64,000 bases of DNA from Antedon mediterranea (GCF_964355755.1 NC_092671.1:38264304-38328303), one strand, 5' to 3'; counted from the stretch's first letter, positions 18,212-32,111 are shown. Notes: generated from the sequence alone by a model not told the origin. Translations and numbers: made by a program.

Positions 18212-19088
18212 TGAACTCAATCAAACAGTTTCTGAAAGTAAATAAATACATACCAGATTGTTAACAGAAAGTGCAAGTGAAATCGCATTATCTAGAAAGA
18301 ATACATATTTAAAAAAAATAAAAATAAAATTACAGAATATTAATATTATAGTCATTTTTTGTTGTTGTTCTAAAGCTCTGTCTACACTATCAAAGTCATT
18401 TGACAAAAAAGTGTGATGTGTCCAAATATAGTACAGTAGTGATATACTGTATCCAAATATAGTAGTGATATGACATCATCATGTCCATATATGGGCACAT
18501 CACATTTTTTGTCACATAAAGTTTGATGGTGTTAGTACAGTTTATATACAGAGCATAAAAGCATTTCTTAAACTTTGCAGTTCTAAAATGTATGGAACTG
18601 AATGAATTGATTAATTCTATTATGAAGTGCCAAAAGCCTTCATAATGATCCCAAGAGAGATTTGCTAGAATAGTCACTAAGATAGTATTTCATATAACGC
18701 TAATTATTAAGTACTACTTTAGTAAGCTGTAGACAATTGTATTAGTACACTTGCTATTTTTAACAATACAAAAAAAGGTTCATATATTTTTTACAGTTAG
18801 TATTATTATTAACTAAAAACTAATTGTATATCCCACTCATGGCAAGCTAATAGAAATACTGTAAATCAAGCCCTGTACATTTTAACATAAATTGAATACA
18901 CTAATTTAATAAATATTGACACAGTACGGTATTCACAATGAAAGCGATTTACAGTATACTGGCTTTATTCATTTTGAAATATAAAAGCAGCCTGAATATA
19001 TACACGCAAAATGCATGTATACTGAATTACGCTTGAATACCGAGGTAATAGAAATTTGTGTGTGTTGTACGCGATTTATTGCCTTTAA

Positions 19089-19423
19089 AGATATATTGTC
19101 CCCTGAAAAATAATTTTTACATTTCTTTTTGTTGAATATGCCATTTTAATTTCACATAATAGTTATCCACTTTGACAAAAAATCAGATCGAAACAAAATT
19201 TATTTACCTAAAAAACTGTAATTTAAAGCAAAAAATGGTCAAATTGGCTGCCTGCCAGCTAATGGATTTTTGGTTGAATTTTAAAACCATTTATCAATGT
19301 TATTGATTTTTCATTGTTTTTTTTCTACAGAGTGATTAACTTTATTAAAACTACAAAATAACCTATTCAAAGTCTGATTTAATTAATCTTCATTTTTCAT
19401 GTTTTGCAGGGGACAATACATCT
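19089..19423. mobile_element. Kolobok-like MITE family C
   Basis: TTAA|AGATATATTGTCCCCTG...CAGGGGACAATACATCT|TTAA. Related copies at ~30910-31221, ~48810-49100, ~54170-54352 and 60552-60852. Confidence 0.8.
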
Positions 19424-19427
19424 TTAA

Positions 19428-21031
19428 CTAGACATGAAACTCGTCACTTTGACGAGTTAGTTATCCGCACCACGACAAACGCCAAGTGCACGTCTTACGT
19501 TGGAATATTGCACACAGATAAAGATTATGGCATTATGACAAGAACTGAAGAATATGATATGCTGTTAGTGCTGAATTCTGTCAATTTTGTGTCATATAGT
19601 ATATACATGCAAACAGTATAATCTGTATACATATTACATACAGTGTAGAATAGGTGAAATTACGGGACCCGCCATTTATTCCAATTTTTAACATGGCGAC
19701 GGTATCAAAATGAAACACTTAGATAGCAATTTCAGAAGGAAATTATCTCAGGAACAACATATTAACGTGTAGAAGAAATTTGAATACGTAAAATATAGAT
19801 GCGCACCCTTTTAAATGTGATGAACTATTACGCAAAATATGAAAATACGACTTTTTTTATTCAACTGGCCATATGATGACGTCACAACATCCGATTGGCA
19901 AAATGTTTACATGAATTCGTATCTACAATCCAATAGCTTCCATAAAACGTTTTAATCGTGATTATCACATTTTATTCTTACGAGCTATTACAGATTAAAA
20001 TTTACTGTAAAGATGAAATTAATGACCCACGTAATTAAAATTTTTAGGCATGATGACGTCATAAAAATTAAAATATTTTTATCTCATGCTAAAGAAAGTT
20101 GATTGACCTACACAATATATAAATGTAGGAGAAAAAGGAATACAGATACAGTAAGCGTGATGCGCTCCATTGAATGTGATGAGCAATAACGAAAGAGACA
20201 AAAATCCTATATTTTACATTCGTGTGGCCATACGATGACGTCACAATGTTTTTTTAGCCTTATCGATGCATGATCCGATATCTACAACTCATCAACTTCT
20301 AGATTTTGTAATAAAAATAAACGGTTCACGGTTTACTTTAGAAACTATGACTGTTTAAAAAAAGACATAATTTTGATGATTTTTTAAGCTTTTTCATAAA
20401 AAACGCGCATGAAATGTTTAATTCAACGTGTTCGTATGGCGTTATTTAAATTGGAAAAGGTCTAAATTGTTTTCAAAATTACTAGGAAAGGCTTGAAATA
20501 TATGATTCAAGGGAAAAAAATATGTTTTTAACGCTACGTGCGCACCGCGTGCGTAAAAAATTGCGCGCCCGTGGGAATTTTTGACATGCTCAAAATGACA
20601 AGAAACGCATAAAAAGTTGATTAGAAATTAATTTTGCGCATTTTGAAATTTTAAATGCGCGTGCGCGCGTAACTTCTTGTGAAACATGCCATTTTTAATC
20701 CGTAGAAAGTTTGCCCCTGATATGACTTAAATTTTGTCAAAGTGTCAATACTAAATGACTTTTAGTTTTTAATCTATGATCAATCATTGAAATTCATAAA
20801 ATTGCGCGTAAGTTACGTTGCGCACCTATGACGTCATTCAAAAATAGGAGGTGCACAACTTCACGTAAATGCCCATATGTTGTCAAAGTTATGAAATGTT
20901 ATGTTTACACATTTTAGAGAAACGCGATCCACAAAAAGGAAGGATGGAAAGAAGAATAATACAGAAAAAAACTGTTGATCTCATACAATAACAAGGAGTT
21001 ATCCGCTTGGTATACCAAGCGGATAACTAAT
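19428..21031 (-). mobile_element. Non-autonomous Helentron/DINE-1-like (HINE) element
   Basis: Subterminal repeat AGTTATCCGC at ~19459, hairpin AGTTATCCGC-TTGGTATACCAA-GCGGATAACT at 20997-21028, stem-loop ACTCGTCA-CTT-TGACGAGT at ~19439-19457, diverged ~350-bp internal repeats. Confidence 0.65.
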
Positions 21032-21672
21032 AATAACAGCATTGTCTATGGATGTGATGAAATGAATAATAACAAAAAAGAAATTGCAAGTCTCACTAAA
21101 ACCTGAAAATAAAATACTGTAGTTTCTCAAAGTAAGAAAAAAGGCATCAGTAGTCATATAAATTTCAATTTTTATACATTTATATCTGTATAATTTGTAT
21201 GTTATGCATGCCTTCAATAATAACACCATTGTCAATTATGAAAATAATAAATTGTAATAACAAATTTAAATTGGGATTCTTATTGATATCACTAAAACGA
21301 GATACCGTAACTATAGTTTCGCAAAGGAAGAAGAAAGTAATATTAACACAACAAACAAGTACTTTTTTTTTTGTCACATGAAGTTTGATAGTGTGGACAG
21401 AGCTTTACAGTGTACAGTATGATAGCTGTTTGTAGCATTGTGTCAGAAATTTAACAATAACAAATCTGAGGCATAATGTCTAAAGCGAAATTAAGCATAT
21501 CTGTGTGAAACCATTGCTGCATGAAACAACAACAGAGCAGATTAAATATTTAAATTGCCATGTTTATTAAATTTTATACTTGTTGGTTAAGAAAAAAGGA
21601 TATTGCTAAACACCACAAATCAATAGCAAACCGAACCTATTGAATACGTACTGTACAATTTATAAATTATAA

Positions 21673-21898
21673 AGCTCTGTCTACACTATCAGATTTTACG
21701 TGACAACCAAATATGATGTGCTCATATACAGTATGTACACAATGTCATATCACTCCCATATTTAGGCATTTCACTACCATATTAAGGCATATCACTCCCA
21801 TATTTAGGCATATCACAACCATATTAAGGAACATCACCGTCATATTTAGGCACATCACACTTTTTTTGTCAAACTAGTTTGATAGTGTAGACAGATCT
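21673..21898. mobile_element. MITE family A copy with ~5 internal 21-bp units
   Basis: Both TIRs, TAA flanks. Confidence 0.8.
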
Positions 21899-23307
21899 TA
21901 AGAAAACAAGATAATTTATAACCTTTAAATTAATTTAAAATAAGAGCAAATACAATTTACAGTAGTCAGTTTTTTTATAATGTATCCAAGATTAACATAT
22001 TCTAATCAAATAATAACTGTGTTATGAATTTTATCTGCCGAACGAAAGTATAATATATTCTTAATCAATAGCAAGCCATGCATTACAACGCTGTGGCTTT
22101 ATTGCCTCAGGCAACCGAGAAATAATTGCGCACAGGGTGGAGTGCAAGTTAGTGGTTCACGGTTCACTAATTTACCAACATTGTCATACTCCAATAATAA
22201 CAAGGGGTTTTAACAAATACCAGATTATGAATTGAATAAATAAAATAATTTACTGTAGCGTAGCCTAGTGATTCATAATTAAAATGAAATTTACATCAAA
22301 CTTTAATAATAAACAATAAATATACACAGGCCAAGGTGTACATATTTAGAGACATGATCATCCTTTTCTATTAATGAAATTTAAGACAAGTTTAGGCCTA
22401 ATAATAATACTAATTAGGCCTAAAGCCTTTAAATTCAATTAGAATGATGAATTAATGAATGAGAATAAATCATTCTAGTATTAATAATAGGCTATTGTTA
22501 ATATGTTTAGGTCTAAAAATATGAATTAGTTATTATTATAAGCTAGCCTCTAGAAGGTACGGTATTTTAAATTAAGATGGCATGGCTAGGCCTACTCGTA
22601 GTAAAATAGGTCAAGTCCGACTGTGACTCATCAGCCTACCTAGCCTAGGCTATAGCAAGTTAAGTTCGGCCAAGCAGGTGGTACCGCGGCGAGCTAAAGC
22701 CCAGGCCTCATGACCGAAAGGTGTACAATTCAATTGGTTAAAAATGTCAAAAATAATATGTATACATGTTTATAAAAGCATTATCAAGTAGTTAATGAGT
22801 TACTTAATTTATAAACAACTTACTTTTTATCTTTTATCTTTACGAAATGGTCAAAATGAACGAAATTCGACGGCCTCTCAGCCTGCCAAACCACCACTTC
22901 TTGTTCTTTATTTCAATTTTTGTTTTAAACCAAACAGCGCCACCAATTTGTCCAATATTACAAAACTATCGCCTCTCTCTCAGAGTAGTCCTCATATCTA
23001 TTCTTCTTAATTAAATTAAACACTGTATATAGTGTATTTATTGCGTAGCCTACTAATAAATAACATGAATATATTATAATGCTGTAGTATTGCAATCAAT
23101 TTAAATCTTCTATGTGTTGATATTGAAACAGATGACGCTTATGACCAAATACAATAAAGTGTGCCCAATGGTAGAGATATGCCCAAATATGGTAGTGATA
23201 TGACATCATATGTCCATATATGGGAAACCACCTCACGACGCTTATGACCAAATACAATAAAACACGGAGAAATTATATTTCTTCTTGATATAAACAAAGA
23301 CTACTAA

Positions 23308-23451
23308 AGCACTGTCTACACTATCAAACTAGTTTGACAAAAAGTGTGCCCAGATATGGTAGAGATGTGCCCAAATATGGTAGTGATATGACATCATATG
23401 TCCATATATGGGCACATGACATTTTGTTGTCACATAAAGTTTGAAAGTGCT
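23308..23451. mobile_element. MITE family A copy (right TIR shortened)
   Basis: AGCACTGTCTACACTATCAAAC start and family core. Confidence 0.7.
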
Positions 23452-25576
23452 TAAGTAACTTACAGTATTAGAGACCAAAAAAAATAAAACAAAGTAAAGA
23501 TATATTTTATGCAGGGATGAGAATCTCTTCTACCAGTCTTAATTCATGCCTCTGCCATATATCGATAAACGTACATTAAATTACAATTCCATTGTTTTGT
23601 TGTTACAAAGTGCGTTAACCCTGTCAAAGAGAAGTGAGTAGGCCCATTGAACAATATCTACCTCAGTGTGAACAGGTATCATTGAAAGGTGATCTAAATA
23701 AAACAACTTGAAAACAATGTGATCGATAAAGAAGGGCAGGTATAGCTGAACAAGATACAATAACAGGAAGAAGTATATAGTGTGTTGCTATAACAAAGAA
23801 GACATTGAAGATGTTTAAAGCCCACACGGTGCCAGTCGAATTGCTGTTAAATACAAGGCAGGTGGTCAAAGTGCAGGTGGCTGACTAAAAGTGTTGATGG
23901 TCATGATATTCAATGGGTAAGTACCTTAATATCGTATGAACAATTGATGCTGTTACCTTCTTGCTCATATTTTATAGGTTTTATGTTCAATTCATTTTCG
24001 TTTGGATCTTAAAGAGAGTTTGATGTTCATAAGTTCATTATTTTTAAAATGTAGGTCCCGTATCGTTTAAAATATTTTGGTTTTTCGAACTGAAGATTTT
24101 TTTCCTCACATAAACTTTTAATTTTATTAATTCAAAATTGGCAAGTTTTTCTCATTTTGTTAGAATTGACTGTTATAATTTCTGCTGTTCGTTATAAATG
24201 TTGTCTTACTTCTAATTCACTTTGCGCTGATATAGCTGCATTATGGGAGTATTATTATGTTTCCATACGTGTATGATCCAAAAAAATGTGATGTGCCTAA
24301 ATATGGCAGTGATATGCCCAAATATGGTAGTGATATAACATCATCATGATTGTCCATAAATAGGCATATCACATTTTGTTGTCACATAAGGTTTGGCAGT
24401 TTAGACAGAGCTTTAGAAGATTTATTATTATTATTATTATTATTTTACACAAAATTTTATAATTTCTTTTGTAAAAGTTCCTCTGTATCTGATCCTTGGC
24501 CGTTTCTGTAAGGAAATTCGCATTAAGGTGATTAAACTTGAAATGCCGTGTTTTTATAACAATAAGATGGTTTATATCACAATTAACAATTTTGTCGGCG
24601 TAATTGTCAACTAAACCTTTGTAATTACGATTTAGTTGTCTCGCCTCATCAGACAATTCATTTGTTAATGGATATTGTAAAGTATATTCTCCAAGTGCTT
24701 TTACCACCTGCACTTTTTAATTTAAGTTCAGTCTAAGTAAGTGTGAGCATGGGAAGAGTAAAATTCTCACTCTTCCCTTAATTAGTTTCTTAATCTGACA
24801 GTGTAGTATAGGTACACAAATAAAGTTGAAGTACGTGTGTAAATCTCGAAGATATTCATAATTTATGTTCCCAAATTATGTTAAAATGCACTGTGAAATG
24901 TACTTTATAGCCAGTCTTCTGCATAGAGCTATATATGGCAATCCTATTTTAGTGTCACTTGTGGTTATTTTCTTATGAATTTTAACGTTTGTATTGGAAA
25001 ATGTTACGGTTTCAGCCTTCTTGCTATTTGTGGCATTTTTCGTCTTTTTTTGGACAATAAACCTGAATTATTATTTATTATCAATCATTTTACACAATAA
25101 ATAGGCCATATAGGTGCACAATCAAAGTAATTTATTTTGTCAGGTCAACAGGGGGTCAATACTATAATAAGCCTAATAATTATTATAATCTCTATTGTAA
25201 TATTACGGTAATGATATTCACCTCCGGCGTAACTCAACCGTATTTATTCTAGCATCTATTTTGACCAATATAATAACAGCATTCATATAATTTCAATCAA
25301 AATCACATGCCATTTCTGTGTTCTTAATTGACTGTTCGCGGACTGCATTACCGGAGCGTCATGTCGCCATAGTTACCATTATTCTCTTAAACACTTCATA
25401 ACTATTCACATGGATATCAACCTATTAGTATCATAGAAACGAAAACGGAATAAGTAGGAACGTTTTGGTCGAATTTGACAGCGTTTTGTTCGTAATTAGC
25501 TCGTTTTTGTTAAGTTTAAAATTGTGTAAAGGTGTGGTCTCGCGATTGAATATCAGTAAGTTTCTTCACCGTTGCA

Positions 25577-28500
25577 ATGATGGAGAAAGAAGACGAAGAG
25601 GAAGAAGATGAGGAGAAAGAAGATAAAGACGAAGAAGATATAGAGGATATAAATTGTCAAGCATTTTCCAAGTAGGCCTATTAAAAGAAGCCACCTCACC
25701 TCAGGCGTACGACATCAGTCTAGAAACGTGAAGTATAATGTGTAGGCCCTACAATAATTTTAAACTCAGTTTAGAAACGTAGTTCAAAAGTAACGTTTAC
25801 AAATATTATATTCAAACAAAAAAAACTTCGAGGAATTGTATTGGGATTGAACTATGCATCCATGATGGTTGTAAAATGACGAGGAAAAGAGAAAACTACT
25901 TCATTTGAGAATGGAACATGCTAACTGCTGACCAAACAAGTTGTAAGTATTCGAATTTCAATGTTAAATATAACCTGTGTTTTAAAACTCAACGGTTTGT
26001 AAAATTGTCTTGTTTGGTGGTAAAAATGAATTGGTATAGTGAAAAATACCAGATCTAAATTTACTGTGGTAAAATTAAAACGAATGTGAATTCAGTGCTA
26101 TTCATTTGAAAATATGGTATAAAGCCCTGTCTACACTATCAAACATTATGTGACAACAAAAATGTGATGTTATATGATGCCATATCACTACCATATTTGA
26201 GCACATCACACTTTATTTTGTCAAACTAGTTTGATAGTGTAGACAGAGCTTAAGATATTTTACGTTTCTTCTTTTTATTTTATTTGTACTAAGGTTGTGA
26301 TTAAAGCTACGTTCACACTATACGCACGCGCATATGTTCTGTTATGCGATATAGGCCTATATACCATTACACCTTTCATCTTCCTTTTAGTTAGGTAATT
26401 TCAGATTGTTTTAGAAATGAGTCATTTTAACACAATTTTTCGTTTATATATTTGTGTCTTGTTATGATTTAATAAAATATATTATCATTTTAATTCATCC
26501 GGATGAAACCATCATCTGTATAAATATGACAAGTTTTCCCGCCCTAGCCGAGCTGAATTAAGCAGACACCCTACAACATTTCTGTATCTAGTTAGGCCTA
26601 GCTTTATAAGCTTCACATCCAACAAAGTACAGTTACTGTATATGTTATAAATACTGTCCTTGCTCTGTCCATCGTGATAATAATGTATTAATGAGATTCA
26701 CAGCCTTACAGACTATATAACAGGTACAGTGTATTATATATTGATCATTCTATTATGCTGCCTTCAGTCGTGATCATTCGTTTATAACTAGCCTTATTGA
26801 TCGGATTCGTGCCCTTCGATGAAAGTCGAACACAAGACGTTTGTTTGAGTAAAACTTATTATGTATAAATGCAAACAGACATAATTATTTTTCTGATTAT
26901 CAATTGAGTTACGTTCTTAGTTCGACAAACCACACAGCGAAAATTAAATTTATGTAAATTGGTGACAATTGACTCCATGACAATATTAGCTATTGATTTC
27001 ATATCCTAATGATATTTATTTAATTTTATGCATTTCTGTGATTATTATTATATGGGTCAAAGTCTAGTGTGTCTGTTTTTCCTATTTCAACGCAGAACAT
27101 TTGTTTTCTGCTGCTGTAGAGACGGGTTATAATATTGGGGTTTATGCGGCTGATACTACTGAATGAATAACCCTTGAACACATAACAAGTATACAATACA
27201 GGACTAGATACGACGGCTCAAACACTTTTAATGTTATGCTATGCAGTTTTTTGTCTAATTTAACGATTCGTTTTAAATAGGCCTATTTCCCGGTTGTAGG
27301 TGCTTACGAATACCGTATCTTAATATATATTATATATATATTATTAAGACCTGTAATATAAATGTGTCACTTATGTTTTATATTTCGCCTGAAGAGTGCG
27401 ACCAGCTACATGCTGGTCATACAAAACAGATTTGTAGCGATAAAAACAATGAAGTAACCATGTTTTCTGCTGTTATTTTATTTATTTATGCTCTAAATTG
27501 GTATCGAGCACTCTATCCTAACGGTCTGATACTTTCAACCTTAGTATATAAATATATATGTTTAGTACAAACCAAGCCGTAACAATTAGTTACCATGCGA
27601 AATATTTTGAACTTTTCTGTACGTGAAAAAATATATCGTAATTCTAGGAGAGGTTGTTTGGAAATTCTACTCCACTCCGGTCCGCTAAATGTAAACATTT
27701 GCTTATTTTAACAAAAAATCAATAAACTAGATGACAACATTCTTTTCTTCTTCTTCAATTTCAGTTTACATCAAGATTCGCCAGAGGAATGGAAGCAACC
27801 TTTAGGCCTAGAACGTAAATCTGTGTACTTAACCAATCAGACGTCTGCGCGTCATCCGGGTCTGTTCCTCCAACATTTCACAAATAGTATCAACAACGCG
27901 TTACGTAAACAAACACGCGCACGCACCCGTACATTTTCTGCACACGAACTAATTGCTTTGAGTAACCCGGCTGTGTACAATACATGTCTTAGTAACAAAC
28001 GTAGATGGAGGTCGTCTGATTATCAAAGAACACTCCCGCCAATAAGAGACATAAGTTGTCTGCGTAGAATAAACATATTATCAAGCCGGAACACCAGCAA
28101 TTTAAGTAGCAAAAACAGTGTTCCAAAAAAGCATGAAAATAAACCACTTGGTTGCGTTGTTAAAACAGAGGTACAATGTCAGCTAAAGTTGCCAAAAGTT
28201 ATGGAGATCACCGACCAGTTGGGAAACGATTGGGAAATTATTCAAGGTTGTAAGAGTAAGAATGAAAAAGGAATCCATAAGATGAATAAAGTGATTGATT
28301 TCAAAAAGAAAAATACTGATGAAAAAGGCCAGTCACAATCATCTCTTAATGAAAGACTATCCTCAAGCCCACCAGACGTCCGCAGTACAATTCAAAAACA
28401 AGAAACAGTTTCTACCGATAATAAAATAAACCAAACAAATAAACACAACCTACAACTGAACAAACAACTGGATAATAATGAGGTTATAGAAACAGCAACA

Positions 28501-29991
28501 CATGTTGACAAGAAAACTGTCATGTTAAAATATCAGATGTTAGTAAGAACCGGTAAAATATCTTATACAGAATATCTTCAAATAATGTCGGAAATAGCGC
28601 ATAAATTTCGATTTTATCACCCAAACGAAAGGAGAGGAATACCCATAATATCGGAGCAAACATCAAATGGATCAAGAGTGCCAGTAACAATAGAGGAAAA
28701 ATCGTCCAACATCGACAAGATCCGTATAAGTAACACTATACCACCGGAGACAAACGGAATTTGTAGTAACAACATTTTACCATCGGAGGAGACAAACGGA
28801 ACCTGTAGTAGCAACACTATACCACCGGAGACAAACGGAACCTGTAGTAGCAACACTATACCACCGGAGACAAACGGAACCTGTAGTAGCAACACTATAC
28901 CACCGAAGACAAACGGAATCAGTAGTAGCAACATTTTAAAACCACTGGAGAAAGACGGAATATGCAGTAGTAATACTTTACCACCGGAGTTAGAAAGATT
29001 ATATTCGCGGCCGTTTATTACCACTAAAAACTTAAGTTTGGTAGACAAACTTCCTGCCGACTTTTTACAGAAAGACCGTGACCAAATTCGCTCAATCTAC
29101 CCGATGTTTGATTTTATTCTAGAAAAAGAAAAGCGCCACAATGTTCACAAACATAAAGTACTTACAAATAAGACGCACAGGGTCGAACTTTGCCCACCAT
29201 TGAAATACAGTACTTTTAAACAATTTAAACTACCACTATCATCAGACAATACGAAATTGAAGCAAAAAGTTAACACGAAACACGCTACTATGAAAAACAA
29301 AATAGTTCATCAAGAAAACAACGTAGAATCCAAAAATAAAGTAAGATTACCTGAAGAAACTCTTGTCAAAAATACACAATGTTGTAAAGTTTGTCCTCTA
29401 GCAGATAATCAAAGAAAAACTCGTCAAAACAGTGCTATAACAATGTCTGATCAAAAAGACATGTTACCTAAAATTATACAAAGGGAGAAAGCGGTTGTAG
29501 TAACAGACAGAATTTTATCTAGGCCTAGTAGAGATGCTGACGACGGACAACAGGTAAAAACGGTGGAAAACGACAAGAAACGCGTTACATGGAATGCAGA
29601 AGTAGGCCTACGATTTGATTCTTCGCTCTCTTTTGCAGTTCCAAATCCGCCACCTGTTACGCTGGATTACTGCAGTAACCATTCCATTGATGAAATTTCA
29701 GGGCAAGACAACTTTTCTGTCAAAGACATCGATACAGGTCACAACTATGACAGCGCAGTTGATCTAGTATTGTTTCCTCATCTTCAGCCTTCGGTGAAGA
29801 CGTTGGAATTGTCTCCTTGTCGGCGGTACAATGGTGATCAGCATGCATTGGCTACATCTGCTAACCACGCTGTTAGTCACAAAGTAAATGATGTAAAAAC
29901 TACTAAATGTTCATCAATTAAGACAGAAATTCCGAACAAGCCAATGATGAGCACTCAATATGTTGTATTTGTGTCTCCATTGAAATTATAA
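25577..29991 (+). CDS. Uncharacterised, largely disordered protein (~773 aa if acidic exon 25577-25671 splices to 27765-29991)
   Basis: Long stop-free exon 27765-29991 after a pyrimidine-rich AG acceptor. Acidic ATG exon MMEKEDEEEEDEE... ends at CAA|GTAGGC in matching phase 2. No recognisable folded domain. The first exon is tentative. Confidence 0.6.
26122..26250. mobile_element. MITE family A copy
   Basis: Both TIRs, TAA flanks. Confidence 0.8.
28735..28990 (+). repeat. Coding 39-bp (13-aa, ETNGTCSSNTIPP) tandem repeat, ~6 copies
   Basis: GAGACAAACGGAACCTGTAGTAGCAACACTATACCACCG recurs at 39-bp period inside the orphan ORF. Confidence 0.9.
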
Positions 29992-30070
29992 AGGCAGCAG
30001 CATATACAAATACAAACACTCCGTTAGGACATCTCCCGGAAGCACCTAACTTTACAACCAACCATCTTTA

Positions 30071-30496
30071 AGCTTGGTTCCCACTAAGACGTAACGCAAG
30101 GACGTAAACGCAATGCAAATGACCAAATAAAGCTTGGTTCCCACTAGGACGCAACGCAAGGACGAAGACGCAACGCAAGTTAGTTGACCAATCACAAGCA
30201 ATTGTTCGAATAATCAATCGCATTTGATTGGTCAAATTACTTACGTTGCATTACGTACTTGCGTTGCGTCTCTAGTGGGAACCAAGCTTATCTTACGTTG
30301 CGTTACGTCCGTGTTTTGCGTCTGTAGTGGGAACCAAGCTTATCTTACGTTGCGTTACGTCCGTGTGTTGGGTCTCTAGTGGGAACCAAGCTTATCTTAC
30401 GTTGCATTACGTCCGTGTGTTGCGTCTGTAGTGGGAACCAAGCTTATCTTACGTTGCGTTACGTCCGTGTGTTGCGTCTGTAGTGGGAACCAAGCA
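30071..30496. mobile_element. Harbinger-like MITE family B, self-nested with tandemly amplified right end
   Basis: TIR AGCTTGGTTCCCACTAG. Related single copies at ~45200-45351 and 45856-46009. Confidence 0.75.
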
Positions 30497-30909
30497 TTAT
30501 GAAACATTCCCCCCTTTAAGGGTACACTTTGTTGGGACTCAAAGGTATCCCCTTACTGTATGGTATTTTGCGTAGTATGGTAATCCTGGTTTACCGTTTT
30601 TCAGCACCATTGATGTGATGCATGTTTGATACACAAAATACAAACAGCACAATAAACTCCCTCATTAATCTGATATATGGTCAAAGGTTAATTAATGTTG
30701 TGGATTTAGTTTAAGGCACATTCATGAATAATGTCTTCCAGTTTGAAAAAGTGAGATCTCTTATCAGAATCTCCGTCCATGTACAGAACTGTAGTAGTAG
30801 TCGTCGTTGTATACTAGAGAAATGTAAGTTATGTAATAAATAGTACAAATAATATTATTTATATCTATACTATTACGTATTAATCTATCATTGATGATTA
30901 AACGTTTAA

Positions 30910-31221
30910 AGATGTATTGTCCCCTTGAAAAATATTTATTTTTACATTTTTTGTAGAATATGTAATTTTATTGTTACATAATAGTTATCCACTTTGACCA
31001 AAAACTGGATCGAAAAAAAAAAAGTATTTACCTGAAAAAATGTAATTTAAAGCAAAAAATATTTAAATTGTCTGTCAGAACATGAGTTTTTGGGTAAAAT
31101 TAACCGTTTATTTATATAAATGGTTTTTTTTCTACATAAGTCAATAACTTCATTGAAACTGAAAAATGGCCTATTAAAAGCCTGATTTTATTAATCTTCA
31201 TTTTTCATGATTTTGACATCT
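30910..31221. mobile_element. Kolobok-like MITE family C copy
   Basis: TTAA|AGATGTATTGTCCCC start, shared core, partly deleted right TIR, TTAA. Confidence 0.7.
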
Positions 31222-31417
31222 TTAATATTATTATACAAAGCTATAATTTGACTAAAGTAGGCCCTATGTTGTAGCAATTGAGTTGTGTATTGATAACTAA
31301 ATAAAATGATGTTTGACAAATATTTATTTTTATTCATTATGAATTCAATAAGTGTACTCGTATATTTAAAGCTATATTACTTTATTAGGAATGACACGAC
31401 AGGTCATAGGGGAAATA

Positions 31418-31645
31418 ATGACCAATTACTAAAGAGTTGATTGTCATACTGACCAACCACTATAGAGTGTATTTCCATACTGACCAAACACTATAGAGTG
31501 GATCTCCATACTGACCTATCACTATAGAGTGGATTTTCTAACTGACCAATCACTATAGAGTGGATTTTCAAACTGACCAATCACTATAGAGTGGATTTTC
31601 AAACTGACCAATCACTATAGAGTGGATTTTCAAACTCACCAATCA
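31418..31645. repeat. 31-bp tandem repeat with CCAAT, ~7 copies
   Basis: ACTGACCAATCACTATAGAGTGGATTTTCAA at 31-bp period, degenerating leftwards. Confidence 0.9.
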
Positions 31646-32111
31646 TCAGAGGGCATGGACTGCTCTACATAGTATAAATAAGGTATGCAAAATAATACCA
31701 TATTCAGAATTCAGCTGCTACAATATACAGTTTTAAAATATAATATTGTTTACAAACAAATTAAAACCTAATGATTGTATGTCACAGTTGATCCTGAATG
31801 GAAAAACAAAGTTATCTGTCTACAATATCAAACTAGTTTGGCCAAAAATGTGCCCAAATATGGTAGTGGTATGCCCAAGTATGGTAGTCATGACATCATC
31901 ATGTCCATATATGGACACATCACATGTTTTTGTCACATAATAGTGTAGACAGAGCTTAATATAAACCACACTACCAAACCATCCCAAAAGAACATTCCAA
32001 GCACCAGACAGTGCTTATTAATAAATAAAATAAATTTCTTACACATGGTTTGATGAGTAAATATAAATATATGGAAGCACTATACCAAATGGGTTCATTA
32101 AAATTCCATCA

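Noticed and set aside
28617-29048. Hydrophobic 143-aa minus-strand ORF
   Set aside because: Antisense shadow of the 39-bp coding repeat.
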